Assembly (NCBI RefSeq): GCF_963506605.1 | Contig: NC_083288.1 | Coordinates: 31,992,001-32,056,000 of the forward strand | From: Zootoca vivipara | Taxonomy: Eukaryota | DNA length: 64,000 nucleotides | Reading direction: 5' to 3' | Part shown: positions 47,197 through 60,250 of the stretch, piece by piece | Position numbering within the stretch: position 1 is the stretch's first letter | How the letters are laid out: each line of letters begins with the position of its first letter | Program-made: the position numbers and the translations under genes | Notes under the pieces: generated by a model | Told to the model about the DNA's origin: nothing | Database searches by the model: none | The model's input: the letters and a program-made list of their open reading frames with translations, nothing else

Positions 47197-48317
47197 TATG
47201 CTATGAAGGTACAATGCATAACCATCCTGTTAAAGTGACTGATGACTGATCCAGCTTTCTCACTGGATAGCAGACTGCTTGGAATCTCTTTGTACATTGC
47301 CTTGAGTTCTCTTCTGATTAGAGAAGAGAGTCAGTATACAATGAGAAAGAAATAGGATTGGAATAGGAATGTGCCAAACTCAGATTACAAAAGAGCCCAG
47401 GGTTGGCCCATGTCATTTTGCCACCTGCGGGGGGTTGGTGTGAGGTGGAATGGATGGGATGTTGCCTGCTCTAGATGGGGCTGCACTCCCTTTGAAGTGC
47501 AGTGAAGTGAAGTGGTTCACAGCTTGGGGATACTTCTGGATCCTTTGCTGTTCCTTGAGGCTCAGATGGCCTCAGTGGCTCAGATTGTCTTCCATCAGGT
47601 TTTGCTGGTGACCCAGCTGCACCCTTATCTGGGCTGGGATAGCCTAACAACTTGACTCATGAAACCCATATCATGGGAGGGACTTCTGCAGGCACTGTGT
47701 ATTTCATGGTTAAAGTTAATATGAAAACACTTAGAGTTTCTGGGCAGCTCTGTGCTGCTACATCACAATGCTCTCTACTTCTTACAGTTTGGCCACTGAT
47801 GGAGTTCTCCTAATCTTTCCATGCATTAAGATTTGCTGGAATTCCGTTTTCCATGATACGATTAGTTGGGACCCAGGAGATGGTCTCAGCAGTTATGGAA
47901 CTCCCTGGAAAAGGGTGGTCCATTTTGCCTCCTTTAATTTTGATAGGCCTTTGTACTATCATATTTCTCTGGTTATTTTATGGTACATTAGACTTGTATT
48001 TATTTATTAATTATATTTTTACATTTAGATGTCCCCTTTCACCCAAGGAGCTGTAAAACTAACAATAAACTATGAGGGGATATCCCCCCCACCCCCTTCA
48101 AACAGCTTTAATATGAATTTTAAAATATATTCTTACATTTATATCCCTTTTTCCCCCACTGTGAAATGCAAGGTTGTATATATTGGGTCCCCAGTCTGTC
48201 CCCCATCCAGATACTGATCAGACCCAGAACTGCTTAGGTTCATCAAAGTAGTGGCTATATGTGCCTTAAGGGTCAAGACATACTTCCATATGATGTATTT
48301 GATATTATATCTCCTAC

Positions 48318-48444
48318 CTATCTGCTTAGAGATCATCCCTTCTGCACATGGAGCACAATCGTAGCAGCAAAATTTTTCTCCCTCCTTCTTTTTCCTGCTG
48401 TAGCCAGGTTGGCAGTTGTCATTGCACACAGAAATAGGCAACAC
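48318..48444 (-). CDS. V2R unit D exon 5, open
   Basis: 127 nt, AG/GT intact. Confidence 0.8.
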
Positions 48445-49568
48445 CTATACATAATTATAACATGGAGATTAGCAATAAGATATTTTCACACTTCTGTCGT
48501 CAACATTCCATCTGATTTGAATCATGTGAGGGTTAGAGTGAGAAAAACCTGGTAGGCCCAGATGCCTCTGTCACTTTCTTCTGACCCCCTTTCACTAATT
48601 TCTATATGTTTCAAATCTGAAGTCTTCAGTAGAGACCCTTCTCTGTTGAAATTTTGTTCATGTCAGCAGTGTTGCATCAGCGGCATATGATTAAGAATGA
48701 TGCATGGGTAGAAAAGGCTCCTTACTGCTAGCATTGAGAACCCAGAATGTAAGCAGAGCCAGCAGGCTCATTCCCACACTCTTCCTCACAGAATCAAAAA
48801 AAGCACCAGGGGATGAAAACCTAAGAACAAGTAGAGATTTGCTGATCTCCATATTGCGGGTGGTTGACCTTGACATTACAAATGCCATTTGTAATCACAA
48901 TGAACGCAAGCCGTTTGGAAGGCAACCTGAGATCTTTGTAAGTGCTTGCATCAAATATGACTCAAGCTTTATGAACAACAGACTCCTCTTCCATCTTGAA
49001 ATGAAATTGGTAACGAGAGGATTGCTGGATTCCTTGGCTGACACATGCTTTGCATTCCTCTCCTCCTTCTAGTCCTTCTTTTTCCAAAAAATTCTCCTAA
49101 TACGGTATTCCACATTTATTTCACATATATGTACATTATATACAGTTTCGGATCGATATTGTTCGCATTTACATAGTCGTGTTCGCTGCTTTATATACTT
49201 ATACCGGTAAGTCAGCTAACCTATCTTACCTGGTTAAAACTTGGATGCCATAGAATTTGGTCATCATTAATTATTAACTCTTTTCCGAAAGGAGCCTGAG
49301 GATCCAGTCTTCCCACTTTTGCTCTAACAAAATGCATGGTAACCCATCCTGTTCCCATGAACCGCCCCCCTGCTACTGTTCAAGTAGCAGCACTATAGTC
49401 CTTTGAGAGGAAAAAATATTATAGTGGGTCAAGTGAGGGAATCTGTACCTGATGTAAGTCTACTCAAAAAAATGATGATGTGTGAAAACACCCATCCATG
49501 AATCTATCCTTCTCAATAGCATTTCCAGTGAAATATGTCAATAAGAGTTGGAGAAAGAAGAGATGAAC

Positions 49569-50485
49569 TTAGAGTCTTTCATTTCCCCCCTGCCTCCTGC
49601 TTAGTTGCTGCCTCGTGTTCATCTCAGGCCTCAACACAATTATGTAGCATTTAGGGGAAAAGATGCAACCCAGTAAGCCAGCACTAGAGGACAAGATGGA
49701 GAAGATCTCCACAGCTACCATGTATTTTCCTTTAGTGCTCAGGTAGGTTGGAACAAAAGACAACCAAACACTGCAAAACACCAACATGCTGAAAGTGATA
49801 AATTTGGCCTCATTGAAAGTGTCAGGTAACTTTCTGGCAAAGAAAGCCATAATGAAGCTCACAATGGATAGGATGCCCATATACCCGAAGGCACAATAAA
49901 GCATGGTAGCTGAGCCCTCATTACATTCCAATATCATTTCCCCACTCAATGAGTGTATATCTATATCTGGGAATGGAGGGGAAGTACTTAACCATAAAGT
50001 ACAAATACCAGCTTGAATAAAGGAGCAGGCAAGGACAATAAAATTAGATAATCCTTTCCCCACCCATTTCCTCATCTTGCTTCCAGGTTTGGTTGCTATG
50101 AAAGCCAGGACCACAGTGATGGTCTTTGTCAGTACAGAGGAAAGGGCCAAAGAGAAGATGATGCCAAAAGCTGTTTGTCGGAGAAGGCAGGTCACCTTTC
50201 CAGGCTGTCCAATGAAGAGAAAGGAGCAAAGGAAGCAAAGGAGTAGGGATACAAGGAGGATGTAGGTGAGGGTCCTGTTGTTGGCTTTGACAATGGGAGT
50301 GTCCTTATATTTCACAAAAGTCCCAAGTACTAATGTTGTGATCAGAGAGAAAGAAATGGCCAGGATAACTAGGAGGATCCCTAAGTCTTCTTTGTAAGAG
50401 AGGTAGCTTATAACCCTGGGGATGCATCGAGTTTGGTCGTTGTTGGGATGCTGGTCTGCTTGACAACTGACACAGTTATCCATGT
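49569..50485 (-). CDS. V2R gene E exon 6 (7TM)
   Basis: 304-aa ORF with class C 7TM motifs. Confidence 0.94.
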
Positions 50486-52517
50486 CTGAAATAAAAGGAA
50501 GATGTTAAGTAGTTTTGGGTGTAGCCAGATAGAATGCATCTTTCTGCTTTTTTGCAGTTCTGCATTGTGACTTAGCTGATGTGCTTACTATTTTTAAGAC
50601 ATTTTTAAGGCACAAGCCTTTCTTTCTCAGTTTTGCTCTAATCTACAATGCTGGCAATAATAATACTAATTTCTCTTGCAGGGTGGCTATAAGAGTTCTG
50701 TGGTGTTTTCTGTGGCAGTACTTCAAGCACTCACAAAGTACTTTTCACATGCCAAGAATCACTACAGCTATAAATTAGGATGTAAGGAGACAGTGATTAT
50801 AGTTCCATTTTGTGTTCTTTGTAATCAGCTCTGTTTCTGTTCTACTACAGTTCAACTTCTGTTAGTATCTTTGTTATTTGTGTTGTATAATTAGTTAATT
50901 AAGTACATAATTTCAATGCATTTCAATAGAAGATAAATGCCGAAAACAATGTAATTATTTAAATAATGTTTGCAGACCAAAAGCCATCCAAATTAGTGAT
51001 CATTAGTACTTCTTGTGGAAACTCACATCTCAAAAGCTACTAGGGGAATAGACAGCAATGTATTTTTTTAAAAAAATACAATAATAGCATTGAAAAGGAA
51101 GCTGAATCCTTCTAGGAATTCTACGTGCCAAAATACCAATGGACCAGAAGAGACTATTTATGTATGTGAGCACTGCTGTTCGGATGTTACTAGCCCAGAG
51201 ATGGGAGAAGACATAGCCCCTACCAGAGAAGAATGGCAAATTAAACTGATGGATTATGCTGAAATGGCAAAAATGACCGGGAGAATTAGAATCCAGGAAG
51301 ACCAAAATTTTAATAAGGAATGGGGAAAATATATAATTTAACTTAAAAGTCATTGTAAACAAAATTATTAGTAGGATTGGAATGACACTTGTAGTTTTAT
51401 GTTGGACTATGGTTGTAATGGAGATTTAATAGAAGTGGATTAATAGGAAGAAAAAAAGTTAGCATAAGGACCCACAAAGGGAAGGAAGGAGGTCCATGGG
51501 AATTTATGGAATTCTCTTTTTGTTTTGGTTGTTTGACAATGGTTTGTAAATCTCAAAATCTGAAAACTAAATAAATTTATTTTAAAAAAAGGAAAAAGGA
51601 GATAAAAGGAAGCTGAAACATTGTTGTTAGCCTCCACACAGAGACAGTGGTTGCAGCTACAGCCAACCATTATCACAGTTTCTGGACTAGTATCAAAAAG
51701 GTGAAGAGAACAAAACTTTCTGAACATTACTGAATACCATGTAGTCTGCTCATCTTAACCTACCTATGCAATATGATTCGTTGGTGGGTATCTCACTGGG
51801 GATCTGGCTCTAGGCATACAATAGGTTGGGAGCCAGGAGAGATCTTTCTCCGTGGCAATTGAGACCAGATATGTTTTTTGTTTGTTTTTGGACAGACATT
51901 TGACTTATAAAATTGCTGGTGCTGTTTTATGATTCCCTTTTCTTTTCTTTTCTTTATTTAAATTTATTCTTCCACAGTTATATATCCCACCATTCACTCA
52001 AGTAGTTAACCCAGGCAGCCTAAGGCAGCACATACCGTGTTTCTCTGAAAATGAGACATCCCCTGAAAATAAGCCACTGTGTTTTGTTTTGTTTTTTGAG
52101 GAAAAATAAATATAAGACGGTGTCTTGTTTTTGGAGAAACACAGTGTAGTTGGTCCTAATTCATCTTCACCATTTTATGTGGTTGATTAGAAAAATCTGT
52201 ATTGAGAATTATATTTTTGTATATTCAATGAATCACTCTCTCCCCAAAATAAATACATGAATAAATAAACTAGTAGGTCTTGTTAATGAAATTTGCTTAT
52301 CTCTTTATATGATGACTCCTACCCTTCTGGTAAGAAATCTTCCCTTCTGGACATTGAGAACAATCATAGCAGCAAAATTTCTCGCCCTCTTTCTTTTTCC
52401 TGCTGTAGCCAGGATAGCAATTATCATTGCACACTGAAATAGGAAGCACCTGTACAGAATTTTATAAAAGATATCAGCAATAAGAGATTAGCTCCTTTAA
52501 ATCATTCTCCTCCAACA

Positions 52518-52573
<56 letters not shown>

Positions 52574-55500
52574 ATGAATCCAAGGCCCCAGATGTCACAC
52601 ACATGCCACCCATTTCTGTAGCTCAATATATACAGGACTTTTAAAAAAAAGTTCTAACTTGCATTAGCAGCCTACATGGGTAGAATTGACTGTCAGTCAT
52701 TAGGATGTGGAAGTAATTGGAATGGTCAACAAGGAATGGGTGCACCAAATGAGCTCCTTCCCACTCATCATGTGATTTTAATTGTGTGGGGGCAGTTAAA
52801 TAGGGTTGGTGAATGCTTCCTCACATAGCTGAGCAGCAAAATAATCTTTAATCAGAATTAATCTTTTTTTATTTTTATAAACTCAAGTATCTGCAGTTAC
52901 AACAAACCTGATTAAAGCATGGATGCCATGTAATTTGGTCATCGTTAATGGTTAACTGTTTGGCTGGAGGAACCTGAGGTTTCAGACTTCCAACTTTCAT
53001 TCTAACCACTGAGCCGTTAGGGAAGATCATCCAGTTTGTAACATCAAAAGCAGTAACTAATTCTCTATTTTCATCGAAGTACACGCTGTCCCCAGCACTG
53101 TTGTTGAATACAATGTGCTTTAGAAAGTGATGGACCTAGATTGAAAGAAATATTAACAAAGGGACAACTAGGTCTTGAAATTAATTGTGTGAGATTCACA
53201 GCAACCTGTTTAAGCTTCCCCCTCTCTTTTTGCTCTCCTGCTCTAATGGAAAATATATTTGTGGACTTAATGCTTTACAGTATATGATCATTGACCTCTG
53301 TTTGCTCCATGATAATATAACACTATTCCATGTTACTGTCGGTACTTTTCAAAGTGTGAAAAGCTGGTAAAATATAAGGAAAACAGAAAAACAAATTTGT
53401 TAGAATTGTTTTATGCAGGTCAGCACCTGCTTTTTAGCTCTGTCTCAAAATTCACTCAGAAAGAATGGAAAAATGAATGCTGTAAACAGTATTGAATTAC
53501 CTGCCATGGTTGCACCTTTTGGAATGCATATTTTCTTCCATCTACCATTCTTCTGTGTCTGGAATAGGATTTGTATAGGTCATGCAAAGCATGTGCCACA
53601 GCATAGACAGCATTGTAGACATTGTAGCTGTGGCCAACCATGTTCATTTCAAACAAAATTCCAGGAAGGCTCTCCAGTTTCTCCTCCCCTGTGCAGGTTT
53701 TCTTTTCTTCCACTTTATTTTCCTTAGGCATTTTTAATGAGCAGTTGAATGTCTGTTCCCAGAAGTCCTGGATAAAACCATCGTATTTTGACCAGGAAGG
53801 TTTTACCATCTGAATGAACCTTTGGAATCCTACTGGCTGATTTGAGTGCACCGTGAAGGATATAGAACCATGGAAGGCTTGTATATCCCATATCTTTTGA
53901 ACAGAGAGTGATTCAAAATCCCAGTGGGAAGTTACAACCCACACTTTGCCCAGAGGTGGCAGTTTGAAGAACGGTGCTAGAAACAGCAACAGTCTCAAGC
54001 CTTGAAAAGAAGGAGGTTCTCCATATACAAAGTACACATTGGCTTTTCTATCGAAGAGCACTTCATAATATTCCCATTGCTGTAAAACCCTGTTTAGAAT
54101 TTCATCTAGGTAATTCCATTTTGGCAATCTTACTATGAAGTCAGAACAGATACCATTCTGGGAAAGCATTGGCACAATTGTCTGTAAAAACCTGTCCCCT
54201 CTGTCATCATCCACAGCCAAGAGCCCGATCCACGTCCATCCAAAATGCTGAAGTAACTGCACAATTCCCATATGCTGGTAGGTTTCATTTGGGACCATCT
54301 GGTACAAAAATGGAAATAGCCTTTTGACACCTTGTACTGGCAAAAATGATCCGTAAGTTAGCTAAAATAAAATATAAACTTATTTTTATGATGGAAAAAT
54401 AGTGAGTGTTAAATCATTAACTCATAGTAGGGGGAAGTGGGGCACATTCTCCAATACAGAGCCAAAAGATCTTAAATGTATGGCTTCCTAGACCTCTGGT
54501 AAGGGAGAATACCTCTATTGTTCCATTGCTGAATGTTCATTTCCATTCATAAATCCTGCTAATCAGTTCCATTGTTGAACTTCTCTAGTGTCCAATGAAC
54601 TTTAGTCATGTCTCTAATGTTGGTTTCAGCCTATTTTAGCCTGTGTAATTTTGTAATGGGATTCAGTAATTTATTGTTGTATTTTAATGATTTTCTTGGT
54701 GTACTGTATCCTAAAGTAAACATGGAAAACTGCATCTAATACCCCCAAGGAGGTGCTGCGACGTAATGTTAAATAACTGAGTATTTTAACATAGAAACTA
54801 TGGTTCCATTAAAGCAAACTAAACTTTTATTGACTCTTTTCCAATTGCTGACTTAGGTTTTGACTTTTCTCAGCAAATGTAATTATGATACGATTTGCAT
54901 ACATACTACTGCTATCAGACATCCTACATCCTGTAGCTGTACATCTGATTCTTTTACTTAAATAAAGTGCTTTCTGTTGCTTGAATTTAATTTTCTATAT
55001 AATATCCTTCACATCAACAAAATAATAATAATAATGATGATGATGATGTTATTTCTGCCTTCATTGATGTTAACAATTCTCACAGTCTTGCAGCATGTGC
55101 CACCGTTCATCTAAGCCAGGGGTCCCAAAACTAAGGCCCGGGGGCCGGATGCGGACCAATTGCCTTCTAAATCTGGCCCACAGACGGTCCGGGAATCAGC
55201 ATGTTTTTACATGAGTAGAATGTGTCCTTTTATTTAAAATGCATCTCTGGGTTATTTGTGGGGCATAGGAATTTGTTCATTTTTTTCTTCAAAATATAGT
55301 CCGGCCCCCCACAAGGTCTGAGGGACAGTGGACCGGCCCCCTGCTGAAAAAGTTTGCTGACCCCTGATCTAAGCCATTGATAAAAATGTCGACAAGCTCA
55401 TTCGAGTCTTTTTATGAGCACTTTTGAATACTATTTTCCAATTATCTGTGAATCAGCACAATAAATAAATAAAATCAATATGTTGGTCTGGTTTGTGTGT

Positions 55501-57474
55501 CTCAGTAAGCCAACATATGGCTGATTTATGTGTGTGATCCTGGAGAGGAACTCAGTTCTGCCTTCCTCCTCTCCTGAATTTTAACCCCAAGGTGGAACAA
55601 CAGCTATGCCATCCTTGCCAGCTTTGCTTGGTATGCCTTGCAAACACACCCATTGTCCTCAAGCCCATATTTAACCAGTTTTCTACCCAAGATATATTTG
55701 TGATAGATATCAAATGCTCATTTGATATCAAGATGATGTTCCATAGCTGTTAAATTCCCATACCCCCATTCATGGAGCTAACCTGTGGAGTCTTCTGGCT
55801 TGCTAAAATGATTGCAGTATTGACAGAGATCTCAGAGATGCATCCTCCAATGACAGCTATCAGATTGTTCTGGTGGTGGCACTTGAAATTCGGGAGAAAC
55901 CTATGCTGTGTGGAAAGCAAGCTTAGGGTGGCCTTATAGGTCATCCTTCCAGTGTAGTAGCTATTGAGAATTTGGAACCCCAGAGAGATGTTTGATAAGA
56001 TGTGGGGGTTCTCATTTATCTCTTTGACAGCAAATGCTAAGGCCAGGATGTGTTGATAGTTCTTAGGAGTTGAACTGCAATAAGAGTTAACAGCATTTTA
56101 ATAAAACAACAGCAACAGCAATGAAAAAATGCAGGTGTAATCTTTGTCATCACTCAGCTGTATGCTTCCCAATTTGAAAACCATAGACAGTAATAGGTCA
56201 AGTTAAAATAAAGTAAGAGGTTTAAGTAAATTATTCACCCCATGAAAAACTAAATCCTCAAAATAGTGTAGGATTATTCTTGTGCTGTTCCTAAATTTAC
56301 TGGAGTGAATCCCTTTACTGCCAACAGTAAAACCTAACTCTAGATAAAGTAAACAGACAGATGTGGCAGTTAGAATTTGCTCTTAGTTATTTAAAAGCAA
56401 AGTCTAAATGATGAAACTCATACTGTGATACTCCTTTCATTTTTTTATCACTTACCCCACTGAGAAACTTTGTGCAAACTCTTTCAATGAAACAAGAAAT
56501 ACGCAAAAAAATATGTACAATTTATATGAAGTCAGCTGAAGGAACTAGAAAGGTGGGAACAGACCATGCAAACTGCAGAGCTGTAAACAATATGAAGAAA
56601 GAAACATGGCAAAGTTTCTTTCAGTAGTCATATGAATCAAAGATCAGCATACCCATGACTAAACAAATAACACTTCGGTCTCCCTTCCCTGGGAGACATT
56701 CCCTGTATGTCTCTGTATTTTATTCTGAATCCATGTTATGGCCCATTGGATCGCAATAAAGATTATTATATTACTGTATTTCTAAAAGAAACAAACACTG
56801 AAAAAATAATAAAATTAAATATTAAAAAGAACTGAGGAGTGGAAGTGCAGTGGAGGAGGCAACAATGGAGGCCAAGGATGAGAGGGAAGAAAGTGTGGGA
56901 AGAACAGGTATGACAAAGTTATAGAAAGGCATAATTCATGATTTGGTTATTCTTCAGGAATCCTATAAAAATACACAGAATCCACTCATTGCAAAGGACT
57001 TTTGGAAGAAAACATACTAGCATTTATGCCTAGCAAAGCCACACAGAAGGTGGTAGGAGATGAAAATTAACAAGTAGAAAAGTTGCAGGAATGTCACCAA
57101 TCTCATGACAGAAAGAAAATGAACTGTTATTTAAGCATATTTCCCCATAATGTTGCATCTCTAGATATTTGAACATATTACAGAATGAGAGAGAACAAGG
57201 AAACGGTGCCTTACATAGGTTCACCAATAGTGATTTTTGTAGGCTGTTCCACGAAAGAGGGGTTGTTATAGAGAAAGAAGACTTGAGAAACAATCCCGCC
57301 AATGAGAAGGTCTCCTGGCTGGTAAAATTTATGAGAAATAGGGAAGAGATCATCGTATATGCTGCAATTTATAGAATATGTCCTGCACACTGTGTGACAG
57401 AGCAGTACAAGCAATAACATCACCACCAGCATGATTTTGTTGACAAAATACCCCCTCCCAACACAGTTTTCCAT
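49569..57474 (-). CDS. V2R gene E, intact vomeronasal type-2 receptor, ~894 aa; join(57215-57474,55783-56074,53501-54361,52908-53135,52323-52449,49569-50485)
   Basis: Six GT-AG exons sum to 2685 nt, in frame. Confidence 0.92.
51107..51603 (+). mobile_element. L1 LINE 3' end
   Basis: [20 protein letters not shown]...EWGKYII ORF2 terminus, A-rich tail, 14-bp TSD AAAAGGAAGCTGAA. Confidence 0.85.
52035..52144. mobile_element. Short Tc1/mariner MITE
   Basis: TIRs like those of 34425-34658. Confidence 0.65.
52323..52449 (-). CDS. V2R gene E exon 5
   Basis: 127 nt, [36 protein letters not shown]. Confidence 0.92.
52520..52571. repeat. (GT)n microsatellite
   Basis: Directly visible. Confidence 0.97.
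52908..53135 (-). CDS. V2R gene E exon 4
   Basis: 228 nt, [16 protein letters not shown]...HPCFNQ. Confidence 0.92.
53501..54361 (-). CDS. V2R gene E exon 3
   Basis: 861 nt, open. Confidence 0.93.
55117..55366. mobile_element. hAT MITE
   Basis: CAGGGGTC...GACCCCTG TIRs and 8-bp TSD ATCTAAGC. Confidence 0.92.
55783..56074 (-). CDS. V2R gene E exon 2
   Basis: 292 nt, [12 protein letters not shown]...KTPQ. Confidence 0.92.
57215..57474 (-). CDS. V2R gene E exon 1
   Basis: 260 nt from ATG (MENCVG...), signal peptide, [13 protein letters not shown]. Confidence 0.9.
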
Positions 57475-58610
57475 TTTTTCCAACTATAGCATTAAATGTA
57501 GATGATAGCAATGTTATTATGGCCTCTTTTGAATGGCGGATGATGTTCTTACTGATGTGTAGCTTATCCTCTTACATAATCAGGGCACCCATGCCATAGG
57601 TTTATAATTAATTTATGTTCCCTGATCCTCAGTTTCCCTGAACCACATGTTCTCATTGGGTTGGATTCCCACAGATTAAGTTAGTTGATGTTAGCTCCAA
57701 TCGAAATCAATGGAATTTAAGTTAGGGTATGACTGTTGAATTCAATGGAAGTCATACTTAACAGGTGAGTTAGTTTGGATCCAATGCTTTATCTCCTTAC
57801 TTTATTTTATAAGAATGTGCGATACAAAGATAGATATCATATACAGCTATTCAGCTATAAATATCAATGCTTTGCTTTGGTGTGCTTTATAATTTTTTTA
57901 AAAAAATGTGCTTTATAGCTCTTTCAATGTCCAGTCGTTTGTCACAAAGTCCATATGTGACAGTGGTAAGGCAATGTGCAGGGATGTTAATTAATACCCA
58001 GTCAAGGTACAGTTTTTCACAATAAGAATCTGGAAAGTGTAAAATTCACTGGGCAAGAAGAAAGCTTGGCAGAGCCCTGCCTATCCCTGGCTTCATTTCT
58101 GAAAAGTGTATGTTTTGTAGCTTTTTTCAAACACTGATTGCCAAGTTTGCTATGGGGAAACCAGCAAGTAATTTACTATAATAGCTATTATTAACAATCT
58201 CAAATGTGCTGTTTGCTTTTGAAGTTGCATTATGCATAAAAGATGAAGGGGTTTAAAAATGAATCTTGTTGCTTCTGCACAGAGCTAGAATTAAATTCAC
58301 TTACAAATCATTCTAGTGATGTCGGGGTGGGGGGTGGAGCTTTCATTTTCTAAATAATATGGAGCTAATTACTTGGTTTGTGCACTTTGTACGGCTGCCA
58401 AGAATGGAACAGAAATATGTGATCTAAATTAGGATACAGCCATACGTAACAATATCTGAGGGCACCCATAGCTTTTCCATTTAATATTCCTGTGTATTCA
58501 ACCATTCTACATACCGTAAAGTTTCACAGGAAGTGATTTGCAACATCTCCTTGTTTATGTACCAAGAACAGCAGCAAAGTTTGAACCTGCTCCAAAGCAT
58601 TTTGAAACTA

Positions 58611-58836
58611 CAGTGGTACCTTGGGTTACAGATGCTTCGGGTTACAAACTCTGCTAACCAGGAAGTGGTTGCTCCAGGTTAAGAACTTTGCCCCAGGATA
58701 AGAACGGAAATTGTGTGCCAGCAGCGCAGAGGCAGCAGGAGGCCCCGTTAGCAAAAGCACGCCTCAGGTTAAGAACCATTTCAGGTTAAGAATGAACCTC
58801 TGGAACTAATTAAGTTCTTAACCCGAGGTACCATTG
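58611..58836. mobile_element. Tc1/mariner (Tigger-like) MITE
   Basis: CAGTGGTACCTTGGGTTA / TAACCCGAGGTACCATTG and TA TSD. Confidence 0.87.
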
Positions 58837-59390
58837 TATTAAGAAAGAATGAAAGCAGCCTCTGTTAAGAGTTGTTGCAAACAGAATCCCTTATCTGGAC
58901 TTTGTGCAGAGTAGAAATGCTTGTGCTCTCCACCACAAGAATAAGTTTCAAAGATTTATTGCAGAACAGTCTCAAGCTAGTTACCAAAAATTGCAAAAAA
59001 CAAAGTAGCACATTGCTTTTAAACAGCAAGCAATCTGGTCCCATCTTCTTTTTAGTCTTTAATACAGTTCAATAACTTTCCTTTCTCTGGACTCACAGAG
59101 AGAGCCTATGTAAGCATCTTGCGTGTTCATCATTGCTGAGCTTCAACGACTGACTGGGACACCGAGTCCTCAGGTTTCATCTTCCTGCTAGCAAAGAGAT
59201 TGTAGCTGGAAGAGTTTCTGGGATGAGTCATCAATTAATTTGAATGGAAATGTCTACGCTTTTCTTCCCCAGATTTAGCTAGAGACAACCTAATGTTGAG
59301 CTCTCTGCACAGCATTTTACATACAATACATTCAAACATAGCAGTTTAAGCATATTAAACCTATATCTTTAAAAACCCTATGTCATATGT

Positions 59391-59670
59391 AGTTACAGGT
59401 AGGTAGGTGTGTTGGTCTGCCATAGTTGAAACAAAATAAAAAAATTCCTTCCAGTAGCACCTTAGAGACCAACTAAGTTGGCATTGGTATGAGCATTTGT
59501 GTGCATGCACATAGGGCCGCCTTAAGCATATCTGGCGCTGTGGCGCGAACTATCCCTCTGGCGCCCCCCACCCCATTTCCAAGCATGGCTGTCTGGTGGG
59601 CCAGCACCCTGGCGCATTGCGCCACCCAGCCTTGCCTTAGGGCCAGCCCTGCATGCACATTTCTTCATAT
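59391..59670 (-). mobile_element. Penelope-like pLTR fragment interrupted by a hAT MITE
   Basis: Reverse complement of the 868-983 family. Confidence 0.65.
59512..59651. mobile_element. GC-rich hAT MITE (family of 14760-14993)
   Basis: TAGGGCCG...CAGCCCTG and 8-bp TSD CATGCACA. Confidence 0.9.
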
Positions 59671-59724
59671 GTCATATGCAGCATGACTACATTCATTAAA
59701 AAGAAGTCGATTTTCATGTATAAT

Positions 59725-59920
59725 TTTCCATGGAGGAGAAGGCTCGCAATGGCTACTAGCCATGATGGAGGCTATGTGCTGCCTCCACAGCTGTAGACAG
59801 TATGCTTCTGAATACCAGATGCTGGAAACTGGAGAAAGAGAATGTGCTCTTGTATTCAGGTCCTGCTTGTGGATTTCTCAAAGCCATCTGGTTATCTACT
59901 GTGAGAACAGAATGCTGTGT
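59725..59920 (+). mobile_element. CR1-type LINE 3' UTR fragment
   Basis: AATGGCTACTAGCCATGATGG...TTCTGAATACCAG...GTGAGAACAGAATGCTG. Confidence 0.6.
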
Positions 59921-60250
59921 ACTGTACACATCTTCAATAGCTTCTGGCTATAAGTAGCTTATAAAATACAGCCATTTATAAAATTAATAAATGATAATTG
60001 AAGAGTGAGAATAGCTCTTTTTTTCTATGGACCTACTGCTATTCCAGCAGTAGGTCCATAGAAGCAAATCTAAGGTAGGGTATCGGGGGCAAATTGAAAC
60101 AGGATATTTCCATTTCAACTCTATTCCTCATAAATTGAGTGTGGAATGTTTATTTAAGACAGCACCTATGTTTGAATTCTCTTGACATCCCCTTCTCTAG
60201 CATTTCCAATAATATCTATATAAGAGCTGAATGGATTTATATATTTTCCC

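Larger units (their letters stand above)
45195..49328 (-). pseudogene. V2R unit D, 5'-truncated: last ~99 nt of exon 4 (49230-49328), exon 5 (48318-48444), exon 6 (45195-46096)
   Basis: Exon-4 homology stops abruptly at 49328 and is followed by the 3' flank of gene E. Exons 1-3 are absent; exons 5 and 6 are open with intact splice sites. Confidence 0.88.

Noticed and set aside
57660-57785. Palindromic stretch upstream of gene E
   Set aside because: It resembles a common short palindromic interspersed repeat and is absent from the paralogs' upstream regions.
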